Program-made: the position numbers and the translations under genes
Assembly: GCA_964565945.1 (NCBI GenBank)
Contig: CAZMGY010000021.1
Coordinates: 1-32,000, forward strand
Reading direction: 5' to 3'
DNA from: an uncultured bacterium
Lineage (GTDB): Bacteria; GCA-001730085
Length of the DNA: 32,000 nt
The notes under the pieces: model-generated
Told to the model about the DNA's origin: nothing
The model's database searches: none
What the model saw: the letters and a program-made list of their open reading frames with translations, nothing else
Shown here: piece after piece, positions 29,747 to 32,000 of the stretch
Position numbering within the stretch: position 1 is the stretch's first letter
Layout: every line of letters begins with the position of its first letter

Positions 29747-30699
29747 GATACACCTCCTTGGTTCAAAAATTCTATGAGCAAATCATCCTCTTTAGACCAA
29801 TAGTCGGTCAACAAGGCCTCGGGATGTTTCATGAGACTTTCCACAACATCAATGATTTGTCTTAGCCGAGGCATCGGCACGACCCTCCAAGACAAGGAGT
29901 GCATCGTTCCTCGAAAGTCCAAGACCCCCATATCCTTCGAAGAAATTTTTTGATGCTGCAATTGAGGAAGCAACACTCTATACTTGGCTCGCAACTGCTT
30001 AATCCAAACATCTCCGATAAAATAACTTTGTTGAATCGGTGCCGCTTGCGATGGATAGCGAATCATCTCGACAGCATCAATCCATCCATCTTGATTCAAG
30101 TCCTTAAATATCCAGGTCTGCTTATAAGTGTCGCTGGTGTGTAGATTAACATGACGATGCCACACATCCAAATGGAGCTGACGCCCCTCCTTGGTTGCGT
30201 CTTGCCACGAAATCATCACATAGTCTTCAAAAGTTAACGACGCTCGTTTCATTCGGATAGAATCAAAGGGGTGCGCACCCTGCTCAATTTCGACAGCTCG
30301 CACAAATTGCTCCACATCGTAACGCGGATCTTGCTCCACCCATATCAATAATCGTGGAAAAGCATCCATTTCTATTTCGAAGTGAGACGAAAAAAAGGAA
30401 AGAGGATTGGGATCAGCCAAAGCACCTCGATGCCATGCCGTCAACCATGCAACATAGGGATCTCTCCAATTGGTCTCCATACGAAAGTACTCATCGACAG
30501 CCTCTTCCGAAGCAAAAGAAAATAAACCCTTCAGTTGCGAACCTCTGCCCGTCAAAACCAACCCCTCTTGCTTAGCCCCTTCATAAACCACATATTGCAC
30601 CTGAGCCATAAGAGGTTGAGCGAAGCTCCCAAGATATCCCACCATCAAGCACACGAGTACAACCCAATTGAAATACTTTCGTTGTTTCATACCCCTCAC
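29743..30699 (-). CDS. secreted hypothetical protein containing one canonical EF-hand Ca2+-binding loop
   Basis: 318 aa. Signal peptide ...LVCLMVGYLGSFAQPLMA/QV. DLNQDGWIDAVE (aa 200-211, nt 30067-30102) fits the 12-residue EF-hand loop DxNxDGxIDxxE exactly. Start is GTG 30699 or ATG 30690. No other family recognised. Confidence 0.65.
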   Translation of the reverse strand: MRGMKQRKYFNWVVLVCLMVGYLGSFAQPLMAQVQYVVYEGAKQEGLVLTGRGSQLKGLFSFASEEAVDEYFRMETNWRDPYVAWLTAWHRGALADPNPLSFFSSHFEIEMDAFPRLLIWVEQDPRYDVEQFVRAVEIEQGAHPFDSIRMKRASLTFEDYVMISWQDATKEGRQLHLDVWHRHVNLHTSDTYKQTWIFKDLNQDGWIDAVEMIRYPSQAAPIQQSYFIGDVWIKQLRAKYRVLLPQLQHQKISSKDMGVLDFRGTMHSLSWRVVPMPRLRQIIDVVESLMKHPEALLTDYWSKEDDLLIEFLNQGGVS

Positions 30700-30774
30700 A
30701 TACTCTTTATTTGGTTAAAGTTGAAATTTCCCCACCCCTGTATGATATCATTATTAAAAGAGAGGGTGTTATTC

Positions 30775-31479
30775 ATGGATAAAAAAAATCATGTTTTAAT
30801 TGACGAGATAATTAAGTTTATGGGTCCTCTGTTCAAGGCTCACCCCTGGCATGGCGTGCCAATCGGATCTTTAGCACCTCGCCAGATTACAGCCTATATC
30901 GAATTGATACCAACAGACACAATTAAATACGAATTAGACAAAAGTACTGGCTATCTTAAAGTCGACCGTCCTCAGCAATTTTCCAACGTCTGTCCTATGA
31001 TCTATGGACTCATTCCTCAAACCTATTGTGCCGAACAAGTGGCTGAATTATGCTCAATGACAACTGGACGCAAAAATATTGTTGGAGACAAGGACCCTCT
31101 CGATATTTGCATTATCACCGAAAAAACCATTTCTTACAGCGATATCCTTTTGCAAGCCATCCCTATTGGTGGTTTTCGCCTGATTGACGGCGAAGAAGCC
31201 GATGACAAAATCATTTCTGTCATGAAAGGCGATGCGATTTATGGTCAATGGAAAGACATTTCCGAAATTCCAGATACTTTGGTGGAACGTATCAAACATT
31301 ACTTTTTAACCTACAAAGATGCTCCTGGCAGCATCAAACGCAAGTGTGAAATCACTCACATTTATGGCCACGAAGAAGCTTATCAAGTGATCACGCGAAG
31401 CCAAAAAGACTACCTAAACCATTATGGACGTCTGGCCGAGGCCTTGCACCACTGCCGATCCCTGATGAGCAACAACTAA
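30775..31479 (+). CDS. ppa: inorganic pyrophosphatase, family I
   Basis: HPWHGV, YIELIPTDTIKYELDKSTGYLKVDR, YGLIPQT, GDKDPLDICI and IDGEEADDKIISV correspond to the family I PPase active-site segments. ATG at 30775 lies 8 nt after GAGGG. The ORF-track N-terminal 80 aa are antisense to the neighbouring gene and are not credible. Confidence 0.9.
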   Translation: MDKKNHVLIDEIIKFMGPLFKAHPWHGVPIGSLAPRQITAYIELIPTDTIKYELDKSTGYLKVDRPQQFSNVCPMIYGLIPQTYCAEQVAELCSMTTGRKNIVGDKDPLDICIITEKTISYSDILLQAIPIGGFRLIDGEEADDKIISVMKGDAIYGQWKDISEIPDTLVERIKHYFLTYKDAPGSIKRKCEITHIYGHEEAYQVITRSQKDYLNHYGRLAEALHHCRSLMSNN

Positions 31480-32000
31480 GTCCAATACACATCATAGCTA
31501 CGTGATTTTGAAGAAACCTGACGCGACACAAAAAGAGATGTCGGCAACTCCTTGAGCAAATTCATCATCAGGGGCAAAGGAATGTTTTCGACCATTGCAC
31601 CTTGTTGACTCAAAAGAGGCCACAGAAAAAGAAACACCCAACCACCTGTTTTTTTAAGCAAATCAGGCCCCTTCACATACACATTCAAATCATTTTGAAG
31701 CATCAACGCTTGATGCTCCTGTAAACTTTTCTTCTGGTACAAAGACATTCGCTGAGCATCTTCAATAAGATCGATCTGTTGCTTCAAAAGATCTAATGAT
31801 AACGCCAACCAAAGCCAGTCTTTGACAACCACAAAAGAGAGCTCGAGGCCTTGCTCCGTTTTTGCACTGCGCAAAGCATAGCCTTTGTAAAATGTTTCCT
31901 GCCAGGGACTCAACTCCTGTTTGAGACGCCCTTCGTAAAACATCCAAAACTTGGCGTGATCTCTCAAAGAAACCACCGCACCCAAATGCCGCAAACCTAA
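31476..32000 (-). CDS. hypothetical protein (5' end probably beyond the window)
   Basis: The ORF is open to the window edge, and the TTG at 31994 is only a possible start. Overlaps the ppa stop by 4 nt (convergent). No motif recognised. Confidence 0.45.
   Translation of the reverse strand, partial: LGLRHLGAVVSLRDHAKFWMFYEGRLKQELSPWQETFYKGYALRSAKTEQGLELSFVVVKDWLWLALSLDLLKQQIDLIEDAQRMSLYQKKSLQEHQALMLQNDLNVYVKGPDLLKKTGGWVFLFLWPLLSQQGAMVENIPLPLMMNLLKELPTSLFVSRQVSSKSRSYDVYWT

Noticed and set aside
30535-30774. 80-aa N-terminal extension of the pyrophosphatase ORF
   Set aside because: It runs antisense across the start of the neighbouring minus-strand gene and has no PPase similarity. The ATG at 30775 has a proper SD.

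Overview
This 32-kb chromosomal window comes from a low-GC Gram-negative bacterium. That call rests on a TonB-dependent receptor, lipobox lipoproteins and Orn. I cannot place it taxonomically by eye, but the complete 16S gene allows placement. The main blocks are listed below.

- **1-2.5 kb:** an orphan membrane protein (-) and fabI (+).
- **2.8-10.4 kb:** a sigma70-like promoter and a compact cobalamin riboswitch, followed by a tightly coupled seven-gene operon. It encodes an exporter-fold ABC half-transporter with a degenerate ATPase domain, a BtuB-like TonB-dependent receptor, BtuF/BtuC/BtuD-like importer parts, and a secreted beta-propeller-like protein.
- **10.6-11.7 kb:** tRNA-Gly(UCC) and a DUF4013-like membrane protein, both on the minus strand.
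- **11.8-17.3 kb:** a complete minus-strand rRNA operon (16S, tRNA-Ile, tRNA-Ala, 23S, 5S) with a near-consensus promoter and terminator.
- **17.4-18.7 kb:** convergent queC and queE.
- **18.7-25 kb:** minus-strand genes for a glycine-zipper protein, an orphan 699-aa protein, a small lipoprotein, aspS, hisS and an HU/IHF-like protein.
- **25.1-25.7 kb:** an MBL-fold hydrolase (+).
- **25.8-29.2 kb:** a minus-strand operon of a DHH/DHHA1 phosphoesterase, orn, a DUF4346-like protein and a three-domain Mrp/ApbC protein with HCF101-type architecture.
- **29.3-32 kb:** a decayed EEP-nuclease-like remnant with an in-frame TGA, a secreted protein carrying a canonical EF-hand loop, ppa, and a partial ORF at the window edge.

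I saw no CRISPR array, transposase, integrase or obvious mobile element. The best candidate for something undescribed is the non-canonical content of the riboswitch-controlled B12 operon. Next are the orphan lipoprotein/699-aa pair and the DHH-orn-DUF4346-Mrp operon. All family assignments come from motif recognition by eye. None has been confirmed by a database search.
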